From Psilocybe cubensis (lineage: Eukaryota): a stretch of DNA of 64,000 bases. Every line of letters starts with the position of its first letter. The stretch's first letter is position 1. The stretch spans positions 2,976,001 through 3,040,000 of the forward strand of contig CM038998.1 of assembly GCA_017499595.2 (NCBI GenBank), written 5' to 3'. The notes beneath the pieces were generated by a model, which saw nothing but the letters and a program-made list of their open reading frames with translations, made no database searches and was not told the origin of the DNA. Positions 11,779 through 24,070 of the stretch are shown one piece after another. The position numbers and the translations under genes are program-made.

Positions 11779-14700
11779 TCAAACTTCTTCTGGGGTTGTG
11801 AAAACTATAGGAGAGAGCGGAGGGTATTCTCCTCCCGCAACTGCGTCCAGTTGGGAAAATGGGGGCAAGGGTTTCAGTCGATCGTCACCCGTCAACGGTG
11901 GTAGTGGTGGTGGGGGTAATGGAGGCTGAGTGGAGTCATCAGGGACCAGACCATCCGTACTGTCCCACTTATAACTCACCACTTTGAATATTGGGTTTAT
12001 AGCCGATTTTGCGGATTTGGGTGTATGTCCCGAACTTGGTGGATACCCTCCGTATGAACTCGGTGGGTGCCCATAGGGGCTGGCGGGCAGAGGAGGAAGT
12101 TGACTATGCAGATCCAGAGGGCTATGAGGAGCGCTTGGATTTGTATAGTACCGGGGGGATACGGCGACGAAGGGAGGAGATTGCGTTCGGGAAAGAAGAC
12201 CTTCCTTGTGCTGTTGAATTTGCACCCACGCTGGAGAGGGAGATAAAGGAGGAGACATAGTCGGAGAAAGAGAAAGTAATTGAATGGGAGGAGGAGAAAC
12301 GCTTCCAGATAAATGAGATGAAACAGAAGCCTGCGTCCGGAAATCATGAGCCAATTGACCCTCTAGTGAAAACGAATTAGAAGAGCGAGCAGACGGAGGA
12401 AAGTCATCAAACGATGTCCGTAGTGAAGAACGAGACGTCATTCTACTAATATTATACAGACTCGGCCGGTTGCGCAAACGAGACGACGGCCCAGGATCGC
12501 TATCCACAGTCGCAAATGATATTGAGGACATCCGGCTAACACTGTGCATATCAGAAGATGACATGGAATGGTCGTCATCGAATTCTCGCCGCCGAGCTTT
12601 GGCGAAACGCTCGCGTTCCTGCGACCCTCGCCATTCACGGTCACGATCACGATCTAGCGGTGACAGCAAAGGATCATTTTGCTGCATGACAAACTTGCCT
12701 GCGGCAGCACCCAACGTTGAAGATGGGGCAGCGTTTCCGTTGGTTACTTGCTGACGCACCGGCCCAGAAGAGGGCTGCTTGCCTTTGGAGTCCTTGAGCT
12801 CCAAACGCTGATCAGGACCACCAACCCATTCCAGATCATCGGTAAGGTTGTTATGGTGCACCATCTGCTGACGCTTAATCAACACACTCCGCGCCTGTTC
12901 TCGCGCATTCATTCTCGCCAACTCGCGTTTCGCCATCTCAGCTTCACGATGAAGACGTTCAGCCTCTTTCTTGTTCATATTCTGAACCTTCTTCGAGTTA
13001 CGTTGATCGACTGGCTGTTCGCGGACAGGCGATGATTCGCGTAGGGACTTGCTGTCAGTACTTGACGACTGTGCACGCTTCCGTGACGGGAAAATGATGG
13101 CCGGACTAGTTTCGTCCACAGGAGGAAGGGTGTTGTGATGGGACTTGTCACCGACAAACATACTAAGACCCCACTTGCTGTTCTTCTTGAGAGACACAAA
13201 TTTGCCAAATTTGTTTCCATGTTGTGACTGTACACTCGATGCATGTTGAGGTTGGGGTGCAGGGGGAGAAGTATGGTCCTGAAGCATGGCAGAATCTTGC
13301 GCCTCATGGGTATGTCCGTTGATATGCTGGTGGGGATTAGGCGGTTCTTGAGTGGAAACATCCATAGGATAGTCGGCTTGCGAAGCGGGCCAACCATTAG
13401 GAGGATGTCGGTAATCATTATGCGCAACAACGATAGGGGGGTTGGGTAATATGGGGAATTGGGGCTGGGGCGCAGGAGGTATAGGGTAAGGTATGCGATG
13501 GGTGGTGGAGGGATCAATAATGGGCTGTGGTTGATGTAGATTCTGACTGGAATGCGAATGCGGCGGTAACGGTGGATGCTGTGGCGAGAGAGTTGGAAGG
13601 GAGGGTTGCGAGTGAGTGCCATTGACGTAGGTTGATATGTTGGGAATAGATGTATTGGAGACTGATCCTTGAATTGCGAAGGGAAGGGTAATATGGTTGC
13701 GGGGTATAGTTTCGAAGAGATAGCGGTGCTCGAGACATTGTCGACTAGTCAGGCGTTTGTCAGGATCATACCTAAGGAGATCCCTGATGCAGTCAATAAG
13801 AGACCTTGGTACTGTCTCTGCAAAAAGTGCATAGAAGTCCTTGGGTTCGACCTAGATGCAACCTTGTAAATATCAAGTACTCTAGAAATGAAGAGGAAAC
13901 ATGCCTTGGGGAACTGAAAACCTATCTCATTTGCCAATTTGTTCCCTTTCGCCCATGGACCACCTCCAATCCGACTGCCAAACATGTCAACTCCGTAGGC
14001 GTCCGATGGATCACCCAAAATTTCGCATATACGTGCCACTTGATCGACCTGATCTGAGCCGGGAAACAAGGGGCGGAGGTTGACGAGCTCAGCCATAATG
14101 GTACCAAAAGCCCACATATCGACAGGGTTAGAGTAGTCGCGGCTCAGCAAAAGAACCTCTGGAGCGCGATACCACCTTGTTGAAACATACTCCGTGTAAG
14201 GCGGTTTGCTCTTCGTTTCCCGAGCTAGACCAAAATCGGCGAGTTTGATGATTGCAACGACATCCTTTTCCTTTGGTGCATTCGGCGGCGCAATTGGCGA
14301 GAGGGAGGTGTAATCGAAAAGGCCAGTGGTAGTGACGAGGACGTTCTCCGGCTTCATATCGCGGTGAAAGTAGCCGTGCGTATGGATATGGTCCAACCCG
14401 AGCACGATTTGATGGAATATTGAAGATACGAGGCCACCTGCGAGAGGGCGGCCTTTGCGAGCCTTGATGAGATGGTACAAATTGCCCTCCATAGACTCGA
14501 AAACAAAGTACAGCTCCTTTGTATCAGGCAGAAGAAAGAAATCATACAGGGGAATGACATTGGGGTGGAAAGGAATGGCACGCAAAGACTGGGAGTTGGG
14601 GTATTGGAAAGGGGAAAATAAGGACGTGAGTTTAGATACTATTGTGGGAACGCACCTCAAGCTCCTTCAACTTCTGACACTCGTCCCAGCCGCCCTCCCA

Positions 14701-15177
14701 TCTCTTCTTCATGAGCTTGACTGCCACCAACCGCTTCCCCGCCCAGTCCGGGCGTGCCCCTGCTCCACACTGCATGGGCGAGAGAGGTGTATTCGGAGGG
14801 AGAGTTCCATGCCAATCGCAGAGCCAGACGGTGCCAAAGGATCCATCACCGAGAACCTTGAGGGGCGTGTAGGAGCGCGTCGACCCTGCAAAGGATGAAG
14901 AGATGATCAATACGGAGACACGCGAAACGGAGGAAGCAACGCACTGCTCTGGGATGAGCCGACAACGAGACGGTTGTCCTGGACGGAGACGCTGGGGATG
15001 CCGACGACGGTGATGGGGGCCTTGAGCTGTGGCCTGTGCTGGGTCGGCTGGGGGAGTGGGGGCGGGGGCGGGAGGTGTTGTGGCTGCGTCGGATGGCCGT
15101 TTGGGATGTGCTGGGGATGGCCATCTGGAGCGGGTGAGGACGGTGTGGACGACGAGGAGAAGCGACATACCTTGCAT
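11779..15177 (-). CDS. IME2: Ime2/Crk1/MAK (RCK family) CMGC protein kinase with long C-terminal tail, multi-exon
   Basis: LGDGSFGTV, HRDMKPENVL, DFGLARE and activation loop PPYTEYVSTRWYRAPE (TxY plus STRWYRAPE typical of MAK/Ime2). Proposed start MQG at 15177 followed by intron 15170-14886. Confidence 0.9.
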
Positions 15178-15413
15178 TTGGCCAGTGGTGCGGGGAGCAG
15201 AAATATCAGACGAACATAGAAAGAAAGGCGAGGCAGCGGTGGTGGTGTCTTTCGAGCGAAAAAAAGAAGACAAGAGATGGAGTTGTCGGCAGTCCAACCA
15301 GACTCGACTCTCATTTCCTTTTTGGGCGGCTCGGCTCGCCAATCGGTCGGGTCAGATCTGAGTCAAGCCAGTTCGTGGTATTTCCGTCTCTTTCGTACAC
15401 TCTATAAACTGTA

Positions 15414-16005
15414 AGATTGGGCTCATCAGGAACCAGCACCCCCTTAGGTAAGCAAAAGTTGGCTTACCTCCGAACCTTTTCAACCCTTCTGCACTCACAC
15501 TATTCTACATTTTTGAACCACAGATATGTAGGTTATGCTTCTTTGAACACATCTGTGGTTTTTTTTTTCAAAAAAATTTTGATCTCAAGAAGTTATAAAG
15601 ATTTTAATTTTTTTCCTTTTTTTTTAGTCTAACACGTCAGAAATGGTGTTTTCTCGAGTTTGGGAGATTTTCGAAAATTTGACAATGTTCTTTTGGCCGC
15701 TTATATAATGGTACACGTGACCACACGTGACAATAAGTCACGCCTAAGTAATACCTCTCAGACTCATTATGGACTTCCAGAGACTACAATTTGACCTCTG
15801 AGGTGTAATTCTATTATTGTGGGCATAAAGGCTAGTAGTAAGGATTGTATATGCACATTTATGAATTTTTTTTTTTTAAACTTTTTGTCTGAAACCATTT
15901 TCCGTCAACATAACTTTTGATTTTTTTTTCGAGCTGGATTTTGGCCGCTCTTGGCGCCAAGCCCATTGATTACGTAAGGGTGCTGGTTTCTGATGAGCCC
16001 AATCT
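15414..16005. mobile_element. Non-autonomous DNA transposon (MITE), 592 bp, TA target-site duplication
   Basis: Terminal inverted repeats AGATTGGGCTCATCAG(G/A)AACCAGCACCC at 15414-15441 and 15978-16005 (27/28 identical). Flanked by TA at 15412-13 and 16006-07. AT-rich non-coding interior with poly-T runs. Confidence 0.85.
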
Positions 16006-16026
16006 TAACTAAACTATTACTAGTCT

Positions 16027-17345
16027 CTAGTACGGCACCTCGTGGAACAGCTTGGACACACTCTCCCCATAGTGGCTGCGTCGTATCACCTCCCCGAGCA
16101 CCTTTCCAATGTCAATTACCTCTATTTTCTTGCATGCTGCCTGGTTAGCGTTCTGCGGCAGCGTGTTCGTCACGATCAGCTTCTCCAGGTTGCTCTCCGC
16201 GATCGTGGCCAGCGCATTCCCGCTCAGAATCCCGTGCGTCACGAATCCAAACACCTTCTGCGCCCCCGCCTCAGACAGGTGCGACGCCGCGAGGCAGAGT
16301 GTCCCGCATGTGTCCGCCATGTCGTCTACCAGGATCGCAATTTTGTCCTTGACATTCCCTACCAGCACCATCCGCGACACTTCGTTCGCTTTTTTGCGTT
16401 CTTTGTGGAACAATGCAAAGTCAACGCCAAGCCGGTCTGCTATCGAGGTCGCCCTGCGTTCTCGTTAGCGTTGGTGCTCTTTTGTTGTACGCGTGATCTC
16501 ACCTTTTAGCTCCCCCAGCATCTGGTGATACAATTACCACATCTTCAACGTTGAAATGTGTCCTAATGTACAGAATTGCTGATGGTTCGGCATACAGCTG
16601 GGAAAAAACGATCAATTAGCATTCAACAACCGCAACAGCAACCTCCAAGCCTGTAGCTCCTTACACTGTAGGTCCGGGTTCTTAATTAAAGACTAGTTTG
16701 AGAAGCTAGAGTTTGCGCACTCACTTGTCAACTGGAACATCAAAGAAACCCTGAATCTGAGAAGCGTGTAGATCCATCGTCTGTTGTACGCAATCGATCG
16801 TTCAGCGAGGGCCGCTGCACTAGCGTTAGATAGCTCCACTCACGATAACGTGGTCACATCCAGCTTTCTGTATCATGTTCGCCACCAGCTTGGCAGTAAT
16901 AGGCGCCCGGCTCTTGTCCTTCTTGTCTTGCCGCGCATATGGAAAGAGAGGAATGACAGCCGTAATTCGTTTTGCGCTGGCAATTTTGCAGGCATGGATC
17001 ATGATGCACAGCTCCATAAGAGAGGTGTTAACAGCTCCACAACCAGTATTGATAATGTACACATCGTCCTCGCGGACAGACTCGGTAATCCTGACGTTCG
17101 TCTCGCCAATCCCGCTTCGTGTAATCTCTGCCTTGGAGAGGGGTAAACCGATGCTGCAGCATGATGACAATGAGTGGTGTACGATGAGTGCTGGTGTAGG
17201 GTGGGCAGATACCGTCGTGCAATAATCTCGGCAAGCTCTGGATGGCTTGTCCCTAGAGAAGCACGTCAGGTTAAAACACATTCAACGGAGTTGCCAATGG
17301 ACTGCTCGCACCCGAAAAGATCTTAATTCCACTGCCGTTCAACAT
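16027..17345 (-). CDS. PRS: Ribose-phosphate pyrophosphokinase (PRPP synthetase), multi-exon
   Basis: [75 protein letters not shown] and [12 protein letters not shown]. Confidence 0.96.
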
Positions 17346-19424
17346 TTTCCGTTTCAGTTAGAGTAGAGTCCCGTAAAAAAGAAAAAAAAAGAGGTAAGAG
17401 AGGGTAAGTTTCAGCAGGAGAAACAGGCTGCCCGGGCAAGTGTAAGCACCGTCGGTGGTAAGTAAAAGGAGTCGAGAAATTGTAAGCAAAGCATTTTACA
17501 AGATGAGATAAGATTTTCCTAATATCGGACTGACTAGTCACACACTGGTTCATGTCACTGAACTAGTTTGGCCCGGCCACTTGATCATATGATTCAAAGA
17601 AGCTTTCCATTCCGGCAAGTAGCCGGGAAGATCAACATACGTAACAAAAATAGAACCGACATCTGTCCCGAGTAGTGGACCACATATATATTTCGCCAGC
17701 CATTCTTTTTTCATTTCCGTATCCATCCTGTGCATATACGATCTTCGCCACATCGCTCAAGATCTCTGTCTATTTCATATTTATTTTGCAATGCGGCAAC
17801 AGACATTCTGATCCTCTAAACATACTTATTACACTGTCAGAACGGACGGTCTTCTCCGCGAGTCTGTCATCCAACACTCAACCGGGAATGGAGTTGTAAT
17901 CATCCGACCAGCCAATGTAGTATTTAAAAAAATGTATCAGTTATGTATAGTCTAACAAAATGATTGTTGATTGTTCGATGGACATCTACATGTTCACGCC
18001 AGCCACTTAGACTCGTCCCCTCTGGGCGGGCGCCTGTCGCTCCACGCAGTTAGTGACATGGACAGCTGTGCCGTTGAATATCCGGAAAATCTTTTTAAAG
18101 GCACATCCCCTAACCACACTGTATGACAGAGTCCACCAGCACCTTGCGGATCAGGTCCTGAATTGTCGATACCTCAGTCTCCGACCCCAGCACAATAACC
18201 AGCAATCGACTGAACCGTCCAAACGCATCAAGAAGCGCTGCAAACACTTTCAATTTCAACTCCATATGCCAAAAGAATCGCCAATGGTTCACCGATTTTC
18301 AAGCACTTTCTGTCTGAGAGCCTGAGGCGGCAACACACTGGCAACACATCAGAGCAACCCACTATCCCACAGTTTCGGAGAACTGCCCCCGTGCATTCGG
18401 GTCCGAAAACGCAAATTCATCGCAGATAAATACATTTAGTTAAAGTGCTTCGCTTTGTATAGCCCTGCGGCAATATATTAGCGTATACAATGCGTGCAAA
18501 GGAATCTTTTTGTTGCATCCATCAGCGCTATGAAGTACGATAATACTGTATCATCATCTAGGTATGGGGACCCTCGAGTTTCGAGCTCCTGAATAAACGG
18601 CTCTTATAACAGGCGATCACAAGAGCCATTTATCCATATTCATCCAGTAGTGTTCATGTGTTCGAACTTCGAAGACCCCCGTCCGCATCATGGTCAATTT
18701 GACATCACCAGCAAGACAAGCGGCCGCCTGAGAGTGGGTGGATAAAAACCTCCACCGGACGGAATCCATCTGGGTCCTCGTTTTCTCTGGGCAATGTCAG
18801 CATCCCTTGTTCTCAAAGTTGTTCATTGTATGCGAAGTCGCATGTGTATGCTTCTCTGCATCAACGCTCTGACACATTCTCAGGGTACATGCCTGAGCTG
18901 AAACTAAAGTAATTCCAAGAACCCTTCAGCCCAGCCAAAAAGTTGCTTGATACAGATGACTGACATCCACCTTACTCCAACCTCGCTCCAACGCCGTTGT
19001 TCCGACAAACCAACCAATGTGTGTATATGAGTACGTACGGATACAATTTAAACGACTACATGGTGTGCAGATAAAACTCCATTATGAACTATAAACATCA
19101 AAATAACTGCAAGGGAAAGAGAAGAAAAGAAGGAACGAAAGTATATGTGTGACGACCGGTTCCAAAGGAGGGACTGGAGGGAAAGACGATGTGTGTTTAT
19201 ATACGAGCCGGCAAGGTGATTGTATAACAAAATATCAAGTGTGGAAAAAAATTGTGTGGGGGTGGGACAGATCTCTGTCAGACGACAAATGCTACTTACA
19301 ATACAAGGAAGTCCGGGAATTAACGAGAGCGGACAGGGTTCAAGATCAGGGTCTTTGAAACAGGTCGATGGGCAGCGTGGGATGGTTGAAAGCTAGAGGC
19401 ATGCTGAACCATGATCGATGAGGT

Positions 19425-21932
19425 TTACTGATGGGCTGGGCCGGGGATTGTCGATTGTTGGACCGGCCTTCCATTAAGGATCGACAAGAGTGATACAGAG
19501 GTAGGGTTCTGAGCAATAGGAGCTGTATTTACGACTGGTATGGGATTAGCATTGGTACTAGGATATGGTCGGATACTAGAAGGTAGAGGTGGTGGCGGTG
19601 GTGGTGGCATGTTGTATCCATTCATTGGTGGGTGTGCTGGATGGTGAGGAAATTGGGTAGGATTGGGAGGACCATAATGGGGCGGTGGTGGTACCGTGTT
19701 GAACATCTGGTGCTGTTGCTGCTGTTGAATAAACTGCGGACCCATCTGGTAGTGCGGACTAATGGGCCCAGCGCGAGAACCACTTATGGCAGCAAGAAGA
19801 TGGTTCTGGTTCATGCTAACACTGCCAGTAGGATTATGCATTGGGCCGCGGTGGAAGGCTTGGCTCGTCCTGGATCTGACTTGGAAAGGATCTTGATAAT
19901 TGTTGATCTGGTTTTCCATTGGATAACGAGGATGGAACCCAGCAGCACTTGCCGGAGGTGGAGGTAGTCCAGGTTGATAAGAGTACACAGCGTTAGATTC
20001 ACGGACCGGGACATGCTGAGGGGGGACAGAAGCCGATGGGATTGGGTATCCACCTGGTATAGGTCCTCTACTGGCCATTGCTGCCCTTGCTGCTATTATA
20101 GGAGCCATCCTAGCTGATTCGTCTGCAACAGCCTCAAGAAGTGACAACTGCTTGAGCATTTTGGCAGAGGTAGGTACTTCAGCTTGCCGAGATAAATACG
20201 GGGAGATATCTGCGGTTGACGAAGATTTCCGTCGAGAGGTGGGCGATGCGTTAGAAGTCGGTGATGACAGAGCAGAAGGCGTTTCCTTGGTGCTGGGGAA
20301 CGATACAGTTTGAGAATTGTCGCTAGTGCTGCCATTCACGGTAGTCTTTGGAGGTAGTTCATTAGAGGGGGGAGAAACTGCGGCTATAGCAGGTGCAGAC
20401 ACGAATGCTTGCGACTGCTGAAGTTGATCTGATAGATTTGCCTGAGGCTCGTAAGAGGGTACTGAAGACGACCAATCTTGATGTTCATGTGTATGCGTCA
20501 CAACCGGAGACTCTTCAGACGCGTCCGAGTTGTGGATTGGTAATAAACTGGTGCTCTGAGATGCATTATCTATTGGTTTAGCCGATTCATCCTCACGACC
20601 AGGTGAAATAGTCGCCGACTTTGCAAGAGAGAAAAGAAGTCTTGCAAGCTGAGGATCCATTTGGGCTGGGTCTGTGGTCTCAGTAGATTCTGGCTGTCTA
20701 GAGGAAGACGTTTGGTTTTCCTCGGATGTGGATTGCGAGTTAGGCTCTGGCGCTGGATCAGATCGTTGAGAGCTCGTTTCGCCCTTGGAAGAAGAAACCG
20801 TGGATTGAGCATTTTTCTGTTTACCATTCTTCCCTGACACCTTTCTCGGTTTTCTTTGGCTGATGAATTTCTTTAGGGGACTATATAAAGCGTTAATATA
20901 AGGCTATGAACAAAGCTAAAAAGAGTCATTTACTTTATAAAAGGTGTGATCAAGTAAAATTTTCCGGGTGCGGCCTGCTTTTTCTTCCACGTCGGAAGAT
21001 CGACCAATCGAAACCATTCAATTTTCTGTACGTCGAATCAATAATCGACAGGCAGCGCATTGGACTCACGCGACTTACACTGATTTCTTTTCGGGTTTTC
21101 GTTTTAAATGGAAAGTCTTCTGGTACACCCGGAACAACAAACAAACATATTTTTTGCTCTTTAATTGACATTTCAAAAAAATCCCCGGCATCTATTTGAC
21201 TGGCGAGATTATAGCCTGTTTCTTCAAGCACCTATTTATATTTGAGTGATGTACAGATGCAAGGAGCTGATCGACATACCTCTCTGACCGCACAATCGCG
21301 AGGGTGCTCATCCTCGTTGATTTTACCCTTGGGGAATCCCCAACCAGAAGACGCCTTCCACCCTTTGACCAACACACACTTGAAGCGAGAAATAAGAAAC
21401 AAAAAACAAGACAGACACAAAACCCAATAGCGGTTCACACTACCTTGTCCATAGCATCATTCAACATGATGGCCCCACAGACTGGTACCCTTGTTTTATA
21501 TTGCATAAATGTACTAAAAGCTTGTTCGTGATCATGGCTCCATTGTTGCAGTAATGGGCAGGCCTTGAATAGCGTCTCTGAAAATCGTTTCAAATTATAC
21601 GATGGGAGATTGTTGTTCTCTTCACGAATGAAGTCTTCATAAAACCAGTGTCTGGGTGCCGCACTATCAGTTAGTTGTAAAGAGGGACGCAGAACACGCA
21701 CGCTTGTTCAACCTGAAAACACAGACGTTCCAATGAAGCAAGCTCTTCGTCTGGAAGGTTCAAAATAAAACGGCTGGATTATTTCTAGTAAATCTTACAG
21801 TGTTATCTAAACAGTAGGACAAACGGACCTCGAGAGATCATCGAGTACTTCCTCTTCAGAGGCGTTCTTATAGGAGAAACGGACGGGTTCCGCAGAAGAA
21901 ATTTCAGGCGATGATGAGGATGAAGAAGCCAT
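19425..21932 (-). CDS. DCP2: mRNA decapping enzyme catalytic subunit (Box A + Nudix + disordered tail), multi-exon
   Basis: [43 protein letters not shown] and Nudix box [27 protein letters not shown]. Confidence 0.95.
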
Positions 21933-22236
21933 AGAGGGGACAAAATATAAACGAAAATTTAGAATACGCTTAAGCAGAGCGCTCAGGTGGTATGGAGAAT
22001 CAAAGACAGTCGTTAATGGTCGCTTGCGTTGGATGGGTTCGAAGGTGGACTGGGAACACCACCTAATCGCGAGTAGATCATGTGACCTTGAACAACGAGT
22101 GATCATTATATAATCTATCATCCGTGAAAATGTGCCAGAACTCACCGTGGCCCACACGAGCCCACACGAAGCAACTAACGGCCTAAAATTTTTGATACAC
22201 TCACAATTCTTCAGTTCTATCGTTTTTCAATTCCTC

Positions 22237-22956
22237 ATGGAAGTCCATACGCACATAAATCCCTCCACTGAGCATACACGCTCCTTGGAAGCTGCGAAGC
22301 AACTCAATAACCAAGCCCTCATGGCAGAGCAAAGAGGCGACCTTTTTTCTGCTGAGCAATTGCATTTGGAGGCTATTGTCCTCAAAGAACGTATTCTAGG
22401 CGTCGATCATCTTGCCACTGCAATTTCTTACAATGGCCTTGCAGTGGTTTACTTAAAGTTAAGAAGACTCGATGAAGCCGAGAATTACCTTTCCAAGGCG
22501 GTCCGGATTCGAAATGCCTCGGGGGGCCCTTTTGATGCCGCAGTATCTCGTGAAAACATGGGGCAACTCTACGAACTTCGTGGCGATCTTACTAGAGCAA
22601 AATAAATTCGCCTTACAGGTGCACCCGAAAACCTCGTTTGCGCCTATGAAAAAGTGACCTTCATGCTATACATAGCTTCCAAGTTCATATCGTATGCTGA
22701 CTTTAAACTAGTGTTCAGGGCTGAATTTTTGCTTGAATCAGTTAAAGGTGTGTGGGCAATGTAAGGTATGTTTTGGTTTTGACTGCACGATTTGCAATCT
22801 ACCTAAATCAATCCAGTCCGTATTTTACTGTTCAGCAGGTTGTCAGGTAAGATTTCACATTGTATACAACACCTAATTCGGATTCTCATTTTTTCGGAGT
22901 AGAAAAATGATTGGAAGACCCGACACAAACCACTGTGCAAGCCAGCTGCCGTCTAA
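22237..22956 (+). pseudogene. TPR + MYND zinc-finger gene, copy 1, with in-frame premature TAA at 22603-22605
   Basis: TPR-like helices (TAISYNGLAVVYLKLRRLDEAENYLSKAVRIR). After the TAA the frame continues IRLTGAPENLVCAYEK, and intact exons give CSGLNFCLNQLKVCGQCK|SVFYCSAGCQ|KNDWKTRHKPLCK. Confidence 0.8.
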
Positions 22957-23285
22957 TTATGCCAAACTCGATTCTTTGGCTTTTTCCCTTCTTCATTATA
23001 TATGATCCAACGTGGTCTCCATTGAATACAAATATGCTTGTTATATCTCCCAATGAAAGGCCCTTCAAACTTGAGCCAGGTTAGAATCATATTCGTTTCA
23101 TCGTAGCAATATCATACAGACAGGTTGACCCTTGATGCACACCATTTTGTCACAATGTTATTCCGATTTCCAAACTCGAATATATAAGACTGTACCTTGC
23201 TTCCAGTATCATTTTCAATTCAACCATCGTGGTGTACAAAGGCAACGCCTACATTAATTTCTCTCCTCAATATTCTTATCCTTCT

Positions 23286-23950
23286 ATGCGCGCCATACAA
23301 CTCAACAACCAGGCTCTTCAAGCTTCATGCAGCGGGGACTTTAAAACAGCCGAGCAGTTGCATCTAGAGGCAATATCTCTCAAAGAAACCTCTCTTGGAA
23401 CTAATAATCCGACCACTGGCCTTACCTACAACGCATTGGGAGAGTTGTACCTTAAAATGGGAAGGTTAGACGAAGCGGAGGTTTTTCTTTCCAAGGCCAT
23501 CCAAGTCAGAAACACATCAGGTCCACCTTTCGACGCTGCAGTGTCTCGCGAAAACATGGCACAGTTATACGAACTTCGCGGCAACCTTGCTAATGCGAAG
23601 AAAATACGACTCATGGGAATACCTAACAAACTTGTCTGTGGTTATTATCAGGTGGGAGTCCTCTACAAATTCATTTGGGGAACCCTCGCTAATCAAAATC
23701 CAGTGCCCAGGTCAGCTATTCGATTTAAGAGAATTAATGCTGTGTGAGCAATGCAAGGTATCCCTTCAGATAGCACTGGTCGTCGACTTGACATTTACTA
23801 AAATCATATAGTCTGTGTACTATTGTTCCATTAATTGCAAGGTCAGATTTTACAGTCATTCGAAAACAAGATTAAATGATGACCAGCTTTTGAGCACAGA
23901 AAAACGACTGGGAGACCCGGCACCAGAATTTATGCAAAACGGAATCCTAA
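23286..23950 (+). CDS. TPR + MYND zinc-finger protein, copy 2, 4 exons
   Basis: Paralog of copy 1 with the same intron positions. LVCGYYQ|CPGQLFDLRELMLCEQCK|SVYYCSINCK|KNDWETRHQNLCK is a MYND signature. TATA (TATATAAG) at 23181. Confidence 0.85.
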
Positions 23951-24070
23951 GTTACTTCCATTTTTACGACATGCCCCGGCCACTTCTCCCATATAGAACG
24001 AATAAAACCAAAGTGTCGAAAAAAGTCCAATCAGATCTACTGTAATTGATGCAAATGTACCTAATGTACT

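Noticed and set aside
16599..16723. Longer-than-usual PRS intron as a snoRNA host
   Set aside because: No convincing C/D or H/ACA box arrangement found by eye.
22603..22605. A-to-I editing rescue of the premature stop in TPR-MYND copy 1
   Set aside because: The stop is TAA, which needs two edits to become TGG, and the paralog has Lys rather than Trp there. This editing is established in some ascomycetes, not in this group.
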